Positions 10,117-20,676 of a stretch of 64,000 bases of DNA are shown one piece after another. Origin of the DNA: an uncultured Candidatus Rokubacteria bacterium. GTDB lineage: Bacteria > Methylomirabilota > Methylomirabilia > Rokubacteriales > DASRDR01. The translations under genes and the position numbers were made by a program. The stretch is from positions 224,001 through 288,000 of the forward strand of contig CAVPSB010000014.1 of assembly GCA_963708025.1 (NCBI GenBank), in the 5' to 3' direction. Numbering within the stretch: position 1 is the stretch's first letter; the number at the start of each line of letters is the position of its first letter. Under the pieces are notes generated by a model. The model ran no database searches. It was not told where the DNA came from and saw nothing but the letters and a program-made list of their open reading frames with translations.

Positions 10117-11646
10117 TCAGGCCACGGCGATCTCGAGGAGGTTCGGCCGCCCCAGGGCGTTGACGTACAGGTTCTTCACCTTGGTGCTGGCGCCCCAGAG
10201 GACCGGCCAGGTCTGCTGCCGGATGGCCGGGACCTCGGTCACGACGAGCTGGGTGATCTCCTTGTAGATGGCCTTGCGCTTGTCGCGGTTGAGCTCGGCG
10301 CGCCCCATTCGCAGGAGCTCGTCCATCCGGGGGTTCGAGTAGAGGCCCGGGTTGCCGCTGGCCTTGGTGCCGAAGACGCCCGAGGTCATGGCGTCGGGGT
10401 CGAACTCGCGCACCACCGCGCTCTGGCCGAGCTGGAAGTTGTTCTCGCCGTACAGGTCCTTCACGTAGGCCGCCCACTCGATCGCCTGGATCTTGAGCCG
10501 GATGCCGGCCTCGCGGCACTGGGCCTCGTAGATCTCGGCCGTCCGCACGAACTCGGGGTACTGGGGGCTGGCCTTCAGCGTCAGCTCCAGGCCGTCGGGG
10601 TGGCCCGCCTCCTTCAGGAGCTGCTTGGCCTTGGCCCGGTCGAAGGGCAGGCAGGCGACGTCCGCGCTGTGGGCCCAGTGGGCGGCCGGGAAGGGGCTAC
10701 AGCCGGGCTCGCCCACGCTGAACATCGCGGCCCGGTGGATCAGCTCCCGGTTGGTGCACATGGCCAGCGCCTGGCGGACCTTCACGTTGTCGAGCGGCGG
10801 GGCGTGGCGGATCAGCATCAGCATGTAGTTGGTGGCGAAGGGCTGGGGCTCGTACAGCTTGACGTTCGGCGACCGGTCGAGGTCGGCCTTGAACTTGGGC
10901 GGCACGTTGTAGTGGAGGTCGAGGACGCCGGCCTGGAGGTTGGCCACCGCGGTCTGCGCCTCGGGCACCGGGGACAGCACCAGCTCGTCCACGTACTTCG
11001 CGTCCTTCCGCCAGTAGTCGCCGAACCGGGCGACCTTGACGTGGACGTTGGGGACCCGCTCCACGAAGCGGAAGGGCCCGGTGCCGACCGGGCGGGTCGC
11101 CAGGTTGGCCTCCTCCTCCGGCGGCACGATGGCGGCGTAGCGGATGCTCGACAGGAACGGCGCGCTCGGGTTCTTGAGGGTGATCCGGACCCGGAGGTCG
11201 TCGAGCGGCTCCACGCTGGCCACGTCCGCCAGGTACGAGGCCCACTTGCTCTTGGCGCCGAAGGCGATGATCCGCTCGAAGGACCACTTCACGTCGGCGG
11301 CCCGGAGCTCCCGCCCGCTGTGGTACTTGACGCCGCGGCGGAGGGTGAAGACGTAGGTCCGGGAGTCCGGCTGGTCCCACTTCTCGGCCAGGCTCGGGGC
11401 CGGGTTCATGTTCCGGTCGAACGTCGTGAGCGACTCGAACATCGCCTCCATCGGCGTGTAGTCGATGGCCGACGACACGAGGTGGGGGTCGATCTGCTGG
11501 ATGTCGGACGGGATCCCGATCCGCAGGCTGGTTCCGGCGGCATGGACGAGGGCGGGGGCGGCGCCCCAGCGACCGGTCGCCACGGCGGCGCCGGCCGCGG
11601 CCACGCCGCCGGCCTTCAGAAAGTCCCTCCGGGTCAATCGGGCCAT
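10117..11646 (-). CDS. ABC substrate-binding protein family 5, Tat-exported
   Basis: MARLTRRDFLK Tat motif, FTLRRGVKYHSG, PVGTGPF. Confidence 0.92.
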   Translation of the reverse strand: MARLTRRDFLKAGGVAAAGAAVATGRWGAAPALVHAAGTSLRIGIPSDIQQIDPHLVSSAIDYTPMEAMFESLTTFDRNMNPAPSLAEKWDQPDSRTYVFTLRRGVKYHSGRELRAADVKWSFERIIAFGAKSKWASYLADVASVEPLDDLRVRITLKNPSAPFLSSIRYAAIVPPEEEANLATRPVGTGPFRFVERVPNVHVKVARFGDYWRKDAKYVDELVLSPVPEAQTAVANLQAGVLDLHYNVPPKFKADLDRSPNVKLYEPQPFATNYMLMLIRHAPPLDNVKVRQALAMCTNRELIHRAAMFSVGEPGCSPFPAAHWAHSADVACLPFDRAKAKQLLKEAGHPDGLELTLKASPQYPEFVRTAEIYEAQCREAGIRLKIQAIEWAAYVKDLYGENNFQLGQSAVVREFDPDAMTSGVFGTKASGNPGLYSNPRMDELLRMGRAELNRDKRKAIYKEITQLVVTEVPAIRQQTWPVLWGASTKVKNLYVNALGRPNLLEIAVA

Positions 11647-11669
11647 GACGACTCCTCCCTTCTCGGCGG

Positions 11670-12882
11670 TCAGCCTTCGGAGGTGCGGCGGACGAGGCGC
11701 GGGTCCTCGAGGAACGAGCGGCGCAGCTCGGTCCCGATCCCCGGTCCGTCGGGCGGATGCACGTGGCCGTCCCGGATGGGCGGCAGGTCGCTCACGACCT
11801 CCGGGTACCAGCCGGTGGTGAAGGCGCGCACGGTTTCCTGGATGAGGGCGTTGGGGGCGTTGAGGGCCAGGTGGACCGAGAACACGTAGGTCAGCGGCCC
11901 CACGCAGTCGTGCGGGGTCACCGGGAGGTGGTAGGCCTCGGCCAGGGCCGCCACCCGGCGGGCCTCCGAGATCCCGCCGACCCACGAGACGTCGAGCATG
12001 CAGATGTTGACGGCGTCCCGCTCGAAGAGGGCGAGGAACGCCGAGCGCGTGGACAGCGTCTCGCTCGCGCAGGTCGGGATGGCGGTGGCGCGCCGGAAGC
12101 GCGCGAGCGCCCGGGGGTTGTCCATCGGGATCGGGTCCTCGACCCACATCGGCCGGTACGGCTCGACCGCCCGGGCGATCCGGACGGCCGCCGGCAGGCC
12201 CCACAGCCCGTGCAGCTCGAGGGCGACCTCCATCCGCTCACCGACCGCCTCGCGGATCTGCCGGAACGGCGCCGCCCCGGCCTCCAGGTCCGCCGGCTCG
12301 ATCGACTGGCCGCGGGTCTTCGCGGCGAAGCGGTCGAACGGCCAGATCTTCATGGCGGTGGTGCCCTCGGCGAGGAGGTCCCGGGCGAGCCCGGCCGGAT
12401 CGGTGAGGAAGCGGTGCTGGTCCTCGTAGGGCCCGGCCGCCCGGTAGTCGACCGCCGCCGGATCGGTCGGGCCGGATCGGGTGACCCCGTAGGAGTAGCC
12501 GGCGCACGTGTTGTAGATCCGGATCCGCTCGCGGGTCAGGCCGCCCAGGACCTGGTAGAGCGGCTCGCCGACGCGCCGGGCGTAGAGGTCCCAGAGCGCC
12601 ATGTCGATCGCGGACAGCGCGCGGATCTCGGCGCCGCGAGCCCGGGCGCCGAGGCCGAGGCGATGGATCGCCGTCCAGTGGCGGTCGAGCTGGCCCGCGT
12701 CCTGGCCGAGCAGGTACGGGGCGACGTCGCCGTGGATGAACGCCGCCACCGCGTCGGGTCCGTAGGACGTCTCGCCGAGGCCGACCCGACCGGCCGCGTC
12801 GTGGACGCGCACCCAGAGGACCTTGGGGTAGGCCGGGATGCGCGACGGTCTCGATGCGCGCGACGCTCGACTCCTTGGCCAC
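11670..12882 (-). CDS. mandelate racemase/muconate lactonizing enzyme family (enolase superfamily); N-terminal frameshift ~12840
   Basis: GLGET, SAIDMALWDL, YNTCAG, KIWPF, ELH, WVEDP, SET, PHDC. Confidence 0.88.
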
Positions 12883-12912
12883 CCACGCTCCTTTGGCTGA
12901 CGCGACTCGTGT

Positions 12913-12941
12913 ACGATAGGGGACGCCCCGCGGGGCGTCAA
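12913..12941 (-). promoter_or_regulatory. sigma70-type promoter with a perfect 18-bp palindrome in the divergent intergenic region
   Basis: Minus strand TTGACG-N17-TATCGT. GACGCCCCGCGGGGCGTC at 12922-12939. Confidence 0.55.
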
Positions 12942-12952
12942 GGAGGCGATCG

Positions 12953-13870
12953 ATGGGCGCGGAGCTGGCCGGCGTCATCCCGATCACCGTCACGCCGTTC
13001 GACGAGCGCGGCCGCGTCGACGAGGACGCGATCGCCGGGCTCGTGGAGTTCGAGGCCCGCTGCGGCGTCCACGGGCTGAACGTCCTCGGCATCATGGGCG
13101 AGGCGCACAAGCTGACCGAGCCCGAGCGCCGCCGGGTGGCCGAGCTGTTCGTCAAGAACGCCGCCGGCCGGCTGCCGGTCGTCGTCGGCACCTCGCACGG
13201 CGGCACCGGGGTCGTGGTCGAGCTGTCCCAGGCCGCCGAGTCGGCCGGCGCCGCCGCCGTCATGGTCGCGCCCCCGAGCGGCCTCCGCGGCGACGGGGCG
13301 CTCCTCGCCCACTACCGCGAGGTGGCGGCCGCGATCGCGATCCCCATCGTCGTCCAGGACGAGCCGGTGACCACCGGCGTCATCATGTCCCCGGAGCTGC
13401 TGGCCCGGATCGCGAGCGAGATCGAGGCCTGCCGCTACGTCAAGCTCGAGGAGCCGCCGACGCCGACGAAGCTGACGGCGCTCCGCCGGCTCCCGGGCGG
13501 CGACCGGCTGCGGGTCTTCGGCGGGATGAACGCCTTCTACTTCATCGAGGAGCTGGCCCGTGGCGCGGTCGGCGTCATGACCGCCTTCGCGTTCCCCGAC
13601 GTCCTGGTGGAGATCTACGAGCGCTTCCGGCGCGGCGACGTCGGGGCCGCGGCAGCGCTCTTCGACCGCTCCGCCTCCTTCATCCGGTACGACGGCCAGC
13701 AGGGGATCGGCCTGGCGCTCCGCAAGGAGGTGCTGCGCCGGCGGGGCGCGATTCCCAGCGCCTTCGTCCGCCCGCCCGGCCCGAAGCTCGACGACGTGAC
13801 GCGCGCCGAGCTGACCGCCATCCTCGATCGCCTGGGCCTCTCCGCGCGCCTCGCCCCCGGAACGGGCTAG
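12953..13870 (+). CDS. DapA/NanA-family class I aldolase
   Basis: TPFDERGRVD, LGIMGE, VQDEP, YVKLE (Schiff-base Lys). Confidence 0.88.
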   Translation: MGAELAGVIPITVTPFDERGRVDEDAIAGLVEFEARCGVHGLNVLGIMGEAHKLTEPERRRVAELFVKNAAGRLPVVVGTSHGGTGVVVELSQAAESAGAAAVMVAPPSGLRGDGALLAHYREVAAAIAIPIVVQDEPVTTGVIMSPELLARIASEIEACRYVKLEEPPTPTKLTALRRLPGGDRLRVFGGMNAFYFIEELARGAVGVMTAFAFPDVLVEIYERFRRGDVGAAAALFDRSASFIRYDGQQGIGLALRKEVLRRRGAIPSAFVRPPGPKLDDVTRAELTAILDRLGLSARLAPGTG

Positions 13871-13886
13871 CCGCGTCCATCGGGAC

Positions 13887-15155
13887 GTGCCGCTGGTAGA
13901 CGCCGCGAGCCGTCGGGCCTCCCCGTTCGTCGCGCTCCGGCATCGGAACTACCGCCTGCTCTGGCTGGGTCAGCTCGTCTCCCAGTCCGGCTCGACGATG
14001 CAGACGGCGGCCATCCTCTGGCACGTGGCGCTGCTGGCCCCGCCGGACGGGAAGGCGCTCGCCCTCGGCCTGGTCGGGCTCGTGCGCCTGCTCCCCATCC
14101 TCCTTCTCGGCCCGGTGAGCGGGGTGGTGGCCGACGCCCGGGACCGCCGCCGCCTGATGCTCGCGACCCAGACCGCCATGGGGCTGGTGGCGGGAACGCT
14201 CGCCGTGCTCACGTTCCGCGGCCTCGGCGTCGCCTGGCCGATCTACCTCCTGGCCGGGCTCAACGCGGCGGCGGGGGCGGTGGACAGCCCGTCCCGGCAG
14301 TCGCTCGTCCCCAACCTGGTGCCGCGGGAGCACCTGCCGAACGCGATCAGCCTCAACACGATCATGTCCCAGACGGCCTCGGTCGTCGGCCCGTCCCTCG
14401 GCGGCGTCGTCATCGCCACCCTCGGGATCGGCTGGGCCTACGCGCTGAACGGGCTGTCGTTCGTCGCGGTCATCGCCTCGCTCGTCGCGATGCGAGAGGT
14501 CCCGAGGCCGGCCGCCGGCACCCGCCCCGACATCAGCCTCCGCGCGCTGGTCGAGGGCGTGCGGTTCGTGTTCGCCGCGCCGCTGATCCGCTCGACGATG
14601 CTGCTCGACTCCTTCGCCACCTTCTTCTCCACGACCACGATCCTGCTGCCGATCTTCGCCCAGGACATCCTCCGCGTCGGCGCCCACGGCTACGGCTGGC
14701 TCTACGCCGCCCCGTCGATCGGGGCGCTGCTGGCGGGCGCCGCGATGGTCCGCCTGGTGGACCGGATCGAGTGGCGCGGCCGGGTGCTGGTGGTGGCCGT
14801 CGGGGTCTACGGGCTGGCCAGCGTGGCGTTCGGCCTCTCGCGCGCGTTCTGGCTGACGCTCCTCTGCCTGGCGGCGAGCGGGGCGGCCGACACCGTGAGC
14901 ATGGTGCTGCGGAACATCATCCGGCAGCTCGAGACGCCGGACCGCCTGCGGGGCCGGGTGGTCGGCGTGAACATGGTCTTCTTCCAGGGCGCGCCCCAGC
15001 TCGGGGGGCTGGAGGCGGGGCTGGCCGCGAACTGGCTCGGCGCCCCGCTCGCGGTCGTCACCGGCGGGGTCGGCTGCCTGGTGGCGACCGGCTGGATCAC
15101 CGCGCGCACGCCGGCCTTGCTTCGGTACCGGCACAGCGGCGCGGCTCGGCTATGA
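13887..15155 (+). CDS. MFS transporter (EntS/DUF894-like)
   Basis: LRHRNYRLLWLGQ, ADARDRRRL, PDRLRGRV. About 12 TM segments. Confidence 0.9.
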   Translation: MPLVDAASRRASPFVALRHRNYRLLWLGQLVSQSGSTMQTAAILWHVALLAPPDGKALALGLVGLVRLLPILLLGPVSGVVADARDRRRLMLATQTAMGLVAGTLAVLTFRGLGVAWPIYLLAGLNAAAGAVDSPSRQSLVPNLVPREHLPNAISLNTIMSQTASVVGPSLGGVVIATLGIGWAYALNGLSFVAVIASLVAMREVPRPAAGTRPDISLRALVEGVRFVFAAPLIRSTMLLDSFATFFSTTTILLPIFAQDILRVGAHGYGWLYAAPSIGALLAGAAMVRLVDRIEWRGRVLVVAVGVYGLASVAFGLSRAFWLTLLCLAASGAADTVSMVLRNIIRQLETPDRLRGRVVGVNMVFFQGAPQLGGLEAGLAANWLGAPLAVVTGGVGCLVATGWITARTPALLRYRHSGAARL

Positions 15156-15191
15156 TAGACGGCGCGAACCCCGGGTCCGATCGGAGGCCTC

Positions 15192-17810
15192 ATGCTCGAC
15201 ATCGATCCGTCCCGTCTCGACCTGGCGCGCGAGTTCAAGGCGCGCCCCTTCGGCGTCCACAGCCCGGATCTCCAGGCGGTCCTGAACCGGATGCGGAGCG
15301 CGCCCGTCCAGGGCAAGCACTACCTGATCATGACCCGGTCGCACGCCCAGTGGGTGCTCGCCCGGATGACCGGCGACCCGCTGCGGCTGGAGGTCGTTCC
15401 GGGCTTCGTCTTCGACCGCCTCGAGGAGGCCGAGTGGACGGTCTTCAAGCTGCGCTGGCAGGCGCTGACCGGCCACGACCTCGGGCGGGAGCTGGGCGAG
15501 CCGGCGGCGGGGCCGGCGCCGGCGGTCGCGGTGCCGACGGCCGAGCGGGCCATCCTCGCCTACGCCGACGAGGCCGGCGTGGCACCGGGGGAGACGATCG
15601 GCTTCAAGGTGAGCTGCCACGGCGTCACCGCGTATCGCGCCGACATCGTCCGGCTGCTGGCCCCCGACACCGGGCCGGACGCCCCCGGGTTCCGGGAGGA
15701 AGAGGTGGCGACGCCGGTGAGCGGCGAGCATCGCGGCCGGGTGCAGCCGCTCCACGTCGGCTCGTCGGTGACGGTGCCGGCGTCGCCGCTCTTCGCGCTG
15801 GCCAGCTTCACGCTCCAGGCGCTGGTCTGGCCGACCCGGCCCGGCAAGGGCGCCCAGGCGCTCCTCGGCACCTGGTCGGAGGCGACGCGCGCCGGGGCCG
15901 GGCTCGCGCTCGACGAGCGCGGCGCCCTCACCCTGCGGCTCGGTGACGGAAGCCGCGTGGAAGTGGTCACGACCGGCGTCCCGCTGGCCGAGCGGCGCTG
16001 GTACTTCGTGGCCGCCAGCTTCGACGCCGCCAGCCGCGCGGTCCACCTGTGGCAGGAGCCGGTGGCCGACCGGACGTTCGGGGTCGCCGGCGCCCTCCAC
16101 GTGGAGCGGTCGGTCACGATCGCGCCCCGGCCGGCCCCCGGTCCGTTCCTGATGGCCGCCTGGCAGGCCGGTGGCCGGGAGGGCCGGGCGCCGACCGGAG
16201 CCCACTTCAACGGGAAGCTCGATCGCCCGCGGGTCGCGAATCGCGCGCTGACGCGGGCCGAGATCGGGGCGCTGGTCGAGGGCCCGCGGCCGGTCGGGCT
16301 GGAGACGGCGGTCGTCGCCGAGTGGGACTTCGCCGCCGACATCGGCTCCGAGCGGGTCACGGACCGCTCGCCGAACCGCCTGCACGGCGAGACGGTGAAT
16401 CTCCCGGCGCGCGCCATGACCGGCCACAACTGGACCGGCGCCGAGATGGACTGGACGACAGGCGCCCGAGCAGTACGGCGCCATCCACTTCCACGACGAC
16501 GACCTCTACGACGCCGGCTGGCGAGACGGACTTCACGCTCGACCGTCCCGGCCGGCCTGCGCAGCGGCGTCTACGCGGCTGCGACTGCAGGCCGAGCGGC
16601 GGTCCCGACTTCTGGGTCGTCGTTCTTCGTCCGGCCCCCGCGCGGCGCCGCGACCGCCGCGCGGCCGGTCGCGTTCCTCGCCTCGACCGCCACCTACCTC
16701 GCCTACTCGAACTATCGCGGGCGCATGCGTCCGGGCGCGCGGACCGAGCTGTTCATCGGCCGCTGCACCGTCGATGGACGCCGACCGACTGCTGCTGATG
16801 CACGCACCCGGAGCTGGGCGTCTCGACCTACGACGTCGCACTCGGACGGCTCCGGCGTCTGCCACGTCTCGCGGCTGCGGCCGATCGTCAACATCCGGCC
16901 CACCGGCCGGCTCTGGAACTTCGTTCCTCGATTTCTGTTCTGCTCGACTGGCTGGAAGCGCACGGGCAGTCGGCTACGACGTCATCACCGACGACGATCT
17001 GCACGCCGAGGGCCTGTCGCTGCTCGCCGGCTACCGGGTCGTGCTCACCGGCTGCCATCCCGAGTACGACTCGCGGCAGATGCTGGACGCGCTCGACGCC
17101 TACCTCGGCCGGGGCGGGCGGCTGATGTACATGGGCGGCAACGGCTTCTACTGGCGGGTGTCGTATCACCGCGACGCACCCGGGGATGATCGAGGTGCGC
17201 CGCGCCGAGGACGGCACGCGCGCCTGGGTCGACCGAGCCCGGCGAGTACTACAGAGCTTCGACCGGCGAGTACGGCGGGCTGTGGCGGCGCCAGGGCCGC
17301 GCGCCCGAACGCGCTGGCCGGCGTCGGCTTCGTCGCCCAGGGCTTCGACGCCTCGTCCTACTACCGGCGCACCAGCCGCCAGCCGCGATCCCCGCGCGCG
17401 CTTCATCTTCGAGGGCGTCGAGGACGAGATCCTCGGGCGACTTCGGCCTCTCGGGCGGCGGCGCCGCCGGCCTCGAGATCGACTCCTTCGATCCCGGCCT
17501 CGGCTCCCCGCCGCACGCGCTCGTGGTGGCGTCCTCGGAGGAGCACTCCAACGCCTTCCAGCTCGTCAACGAGGAGATGAACGTGTCGTTCGCGCGGCAC
17601 CGACGGGCGCCAGTTCTCGCCGGCATCCGCGCCGACATGGTGTTCTTCGAGCGCCCGAACGGCGGGGCCGTCTTCTCCACCGGCTCCATCGCCTACGCGG
17701 GCAGCCTCTCGCACAACGGCTACGACAACAACGTCGCGCGGCTCACGACCAACGTGCTGCGGCGCTTCGCCGACCCCGCCCCCTTCGACCTGCCGACCGA
17801 CGGCGCGTGA
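15192..17810 (+). CDS. N,N-dimethylformamidase-like protein: small (alpha) subunit domain fused to the large (beta) subunit; multiple frameshifts at 16450-17620
   Basis: N-terminus PFGVHSPDLQAVLNRMR...GKH...EAEWTVFKLRW is alpha-like. Then YADEAGVAPGETIGFKVS, a LamG-like domain, TYLAYSN, HSDGSG, YDVITDDDLH, HPEY, LMYMGGNGFYW, RADMVFF, GGAVFSTGSIAY and NVLRRF. Confidence 0.85.
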
Positions 17811-17844
17811 TCGGGCGGGGGCTGACAGGAGAGAGGAGCGGCCG

Positions 17845-18905
17845 ATGGGAACCGAGGAGAACGGCAGCTACGTCTACGTCGGCGCGGCGCAGTGGACGGC
17901 CGGCACGGTGGGCGGACTCTTCCGGCGGGCCATGGGTGACGACCGCTGGGAGGTCGTGACCCGGGGGTTGCCCGAGCGGCCGCACGTCCAGGCGATCACG
18001 GTTGACCCGCGCCATCCGGAAGTCGTGTACCTGGGAACGCAGGAGGGCCCGTACCGGAGCACGGACCACGGCGCGAGCTGGGAGCGCCTCGGGTTCCCCG
18101 ACGCCGGTGTCCAGGTCTGGTCGATCCTCGTGCACCCAAGCGATCCCCGGCGCCTCTACCTGGGCGGGTCCCCGGTCGCCGTCTACCGGAGCGACGACGG
18201 CGGAGACACCTGGCGCCGGCTCCCGGAGGCCGGCAGCCGGAGCGCGTGAAGGCGCCCTTCGCCTGCCGGGTGATGCGGCTGGCGGTCGATCCCGCCCGCC
18301 CGGACGAGCTCTACGCGGCGCTGGAGGTCGGCGGCGTCATGCGGAGCCTCGACGGGGGCACGAGCTGGACCGACTGCAGCGCCGACCTGCTCCGGCTCGC
18401 CGAGCGCCCGGACCTCAAGAGCCGGATCGTGAGCGACACCGACGTCGAGGGCATGCTGGACGGCCACGCCGTGTGCGTGACCGGCGCGGAGCCCGGCAGC
18501 GTGGTCCTGGCGTGTCGCATGGGTCTGTTCCGCGGCCCGGACCGCGCCGCGCGCTGGGAGGACATGGAGGTCGGCCGCTTCTCACCGCTCCGGTACGGCC
18601 GCGACGTCCGGGTCTCCCCCCACGATCCCCGCGTGCTCTTCGCCTGCCTCAGCCCGGCGGCCAGCAGCGAGGACGGCTCCCTCTATCGCAGCCCGGACGT
18701 GGGCCGGACCTGGACGCGCTTCGACCACGGCGTGCAGGCCCAGAGCACCATGATGGCCGTCGCGCTCGATCAGCGCGACCCCGCCCGGGTGTTCTGCGCC
18801 ACGCGCCGGGGCCAGGTCTTCGGGACCCTGGACGGGGGTCGCACCTGGCACGAGTCCCGGCTGCCGGACGGCGTCCAGGACGTCTACGCGATCGCCACGG
18901 GCTGA
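17845..18905 (+). CDS. BNR/Asp-box repeat beta-propeller protein (frameshift ~18240)
   Basis: Asp-boxes YRSTDHGASW, YRSDDGGDTW, RSLDGGTSW, RSPDVGRTW, GTLDGGRTW. Confidence 0.82.
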
Positions 18906-18929
18906 AGGCCTACAGAGAAATCGATAGCC

Positions 18930-18988
18930 TCCGGCTCCCCCCTCCCCCAGTGGGTGGGGGAGGGGGGCTGGGGGGGTAGGAGGGAGGT
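18930..18988. repeat. REP-like element, family B (copy 1)
   Basis: ~59 bp, near-identical to the reverse complement of 40265-40324. Confidence 0.8.
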
Positions 18989-18995
18989 CCCGATC

Positions 18996-20672
18996 ATGAT
19001 GAGCGCCGGTCGCGCGGTGATCGAGATCCTGAAGGCCGAAGGGGTGCGCCACGTCTTCGGGATCGTGGGCGCGACCTTCCTCGACGTGCTCGACGTCCTC
19101 TACGACGACAAGACGGTCGAGTACGTCAACGTGCGCCACGAGCAGGGCGCCGCGTTCATGGCGGACGGCCTGGCCCGGGTGACCGGCACGCCGGCCGTGT
19201 GCCTGGTGACCAGCGGCCCGGGGGCGACCAACCTCCTCACCGGGATCGCCGCCGCCCACGTGGCGCACTCCCCGGTCGTGGCCATCGCCGGCGGACCGTC
19301 GCTGGCCCACCACGGCCGGGACGCCTTCCAGGACTTCGACCTGGTCGGCATGTTCCAGCCGGTGACCAAGCTGTCCGTCCGGGTGACCCAGCCCGAGCGC
19401 ATCCCCGAGATCCTCCATCACGCGTTGCGCACGGCCATGACGGGACGCAAGGGTCCCGTGTTCGTCGAGATCCCGCGCGACGTCCTGAACGACCAGGTGC
19501 TGGACCTGGAGATCGATCCCCCGGAGCGCTACCGGCCGACGCACGCGCCGCCGCCGCACCCGGAGGCGATCGGCGCCGCGGTGCGCCTCGTGCGGCAGGC
19601 CGAGCGCCCGCTCCTCCTCGTCGGGGGCGGGGTCACCTGGGCCGACGCGGGCGAGCTGGCCGTCCGCCTCGGGGCCCGGGAGGGGCTGCCGACGGTCACC
19701 GCCTACGGGCGCAACGACGCGGTGCCCAACACCGAGCCGCTCTACGTCGGCCCGCTCGGTCGCGCGGGGGCGCCGGAGGCGGCGGCGATCTGCCGGCGTG
19801 CCGACCTGTTGCTGGTCGTGGGGTCACGCCTGGGGCACTTCACGACCTTCTACGACGAGCGCTACGTCCGGCGCGGGACGCCGATCGTCCAGATCGACAT
19901 CGACGCGCGGGACATCGGTCGGATCTACCCGGTCGCCGTCGGCATCCAGGCCGACGCCCGGGAGGCGCTGTCGGCCCTGCTGGCCGCGCTCGACGCGGCG
20001 GGGCCGCCCCCGCCGCGCGAGGCGTGGCGGCGGGAAGGGCAGGAGCACCGCGCCCGCCGCCAGGCCCGCCTCGCCGCCGACGCCGGCCTCGGGACCCGGC
20101 CGATCAAGCCGCAGCGGGTGTACGCGGAGCTGCGGCGGGTCCTGTCGCCGGACACCATCGTCACGCTCGACGCCGGCGCCGCGCCCGCCTACGGCTACGA
20201 CCGCCTTCACTTCACCCAGCCCCGCACCTTCCTCACCCCGCTCGACCTCGGCGGCCTCGGCTTCGCCTTCCCGGCCGCCCTCGGGGCGAAGCTGGGGCGC
20301 CCGGCGGCCCCGGTGCTCGCCATCCACGGCGACGGCGGCTTCCTGATGAACGCCCAGGAGCTGGAGACGGCGGTCCGGCACGGGATCCCGGTGACGGTCC
20401 TCGTGCTGAACAACAACTGCTGGGGTTCGGAGAAGGCCTACCAGAAGCACTTCTACCAGGCGCGGTACGTCGGCGCGGACATCGGCAACCCGCGCTACGA
20501 CCGGTTCGCGGAGCTCTTCGGGGCCAAGGGGTATCACGTGGACCACCCCGACCTGATCGGCGACACCGTCCGCGCCGCCCTCGGGAGCGGGCAGCCGGTC
20601 ATCGTCGAGATCCCCATCGACCCGGACGAGTTCCCCACGCCGGCGACCGAGGCGCGCCGGCGCCGGGACTAG
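18996..20672 (+). CDS. thiamine diphosphate-dependent enzyme (acetolactate synthase/Xsc-like)
   Basis: VRHEQGAAFMADG, SGPGATN, and the ThDP motif GDGGFLM...NN. Confidence 0.92.
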   Translation: MMSAGRAVIEILKAEGVRHVFGIVGATFLDVLDVLYDDKTVEYVNVRHEQGAAFMADGLARVTGTPAVCLVTSGPGATNLLTGIAAAHVAHSPVVAIAGGPSLAHHGRDAFQDFDLVGMFQPVTKLSVRVTQPERIPEILHHALRTAMTGRKGPVFVEIPRDVLNDQVLDLEIDPPERYRPTHAPPPHPEAIGAAVRLVRQAERPLLLVGGGVTWADAGELAVRLGAREGLPTVTAYGRNDAVPNTEPLYVGPLGRAGAPEAAAICRRADLLLVVGSRLGHFTTFYDERYVRRGTPIVQIDIDARDIGRIYPVAVGIQADAREALSALLAALDAAGPPPPREAWRREGQEHRARRQARLAADAGLGTRPIKPQRVYAELRRVLSPDTIVTLDAGAAPAYGYDRLHFTQPRTFLTPLDLGGLGFAFPAALGAKLGRPAAPVLAIHGDGGFLMNAQELETAVRHGIPVTVLVLNNNCWGSEKAYQKHFYQARYVGADIGNPRYDRFAELFGAKGYHVDHPDLIGDTVRAALGSGQPVIVEIPIDPDEFPTPATEARRRRD

Positions 20673-20676
20673 CGCG

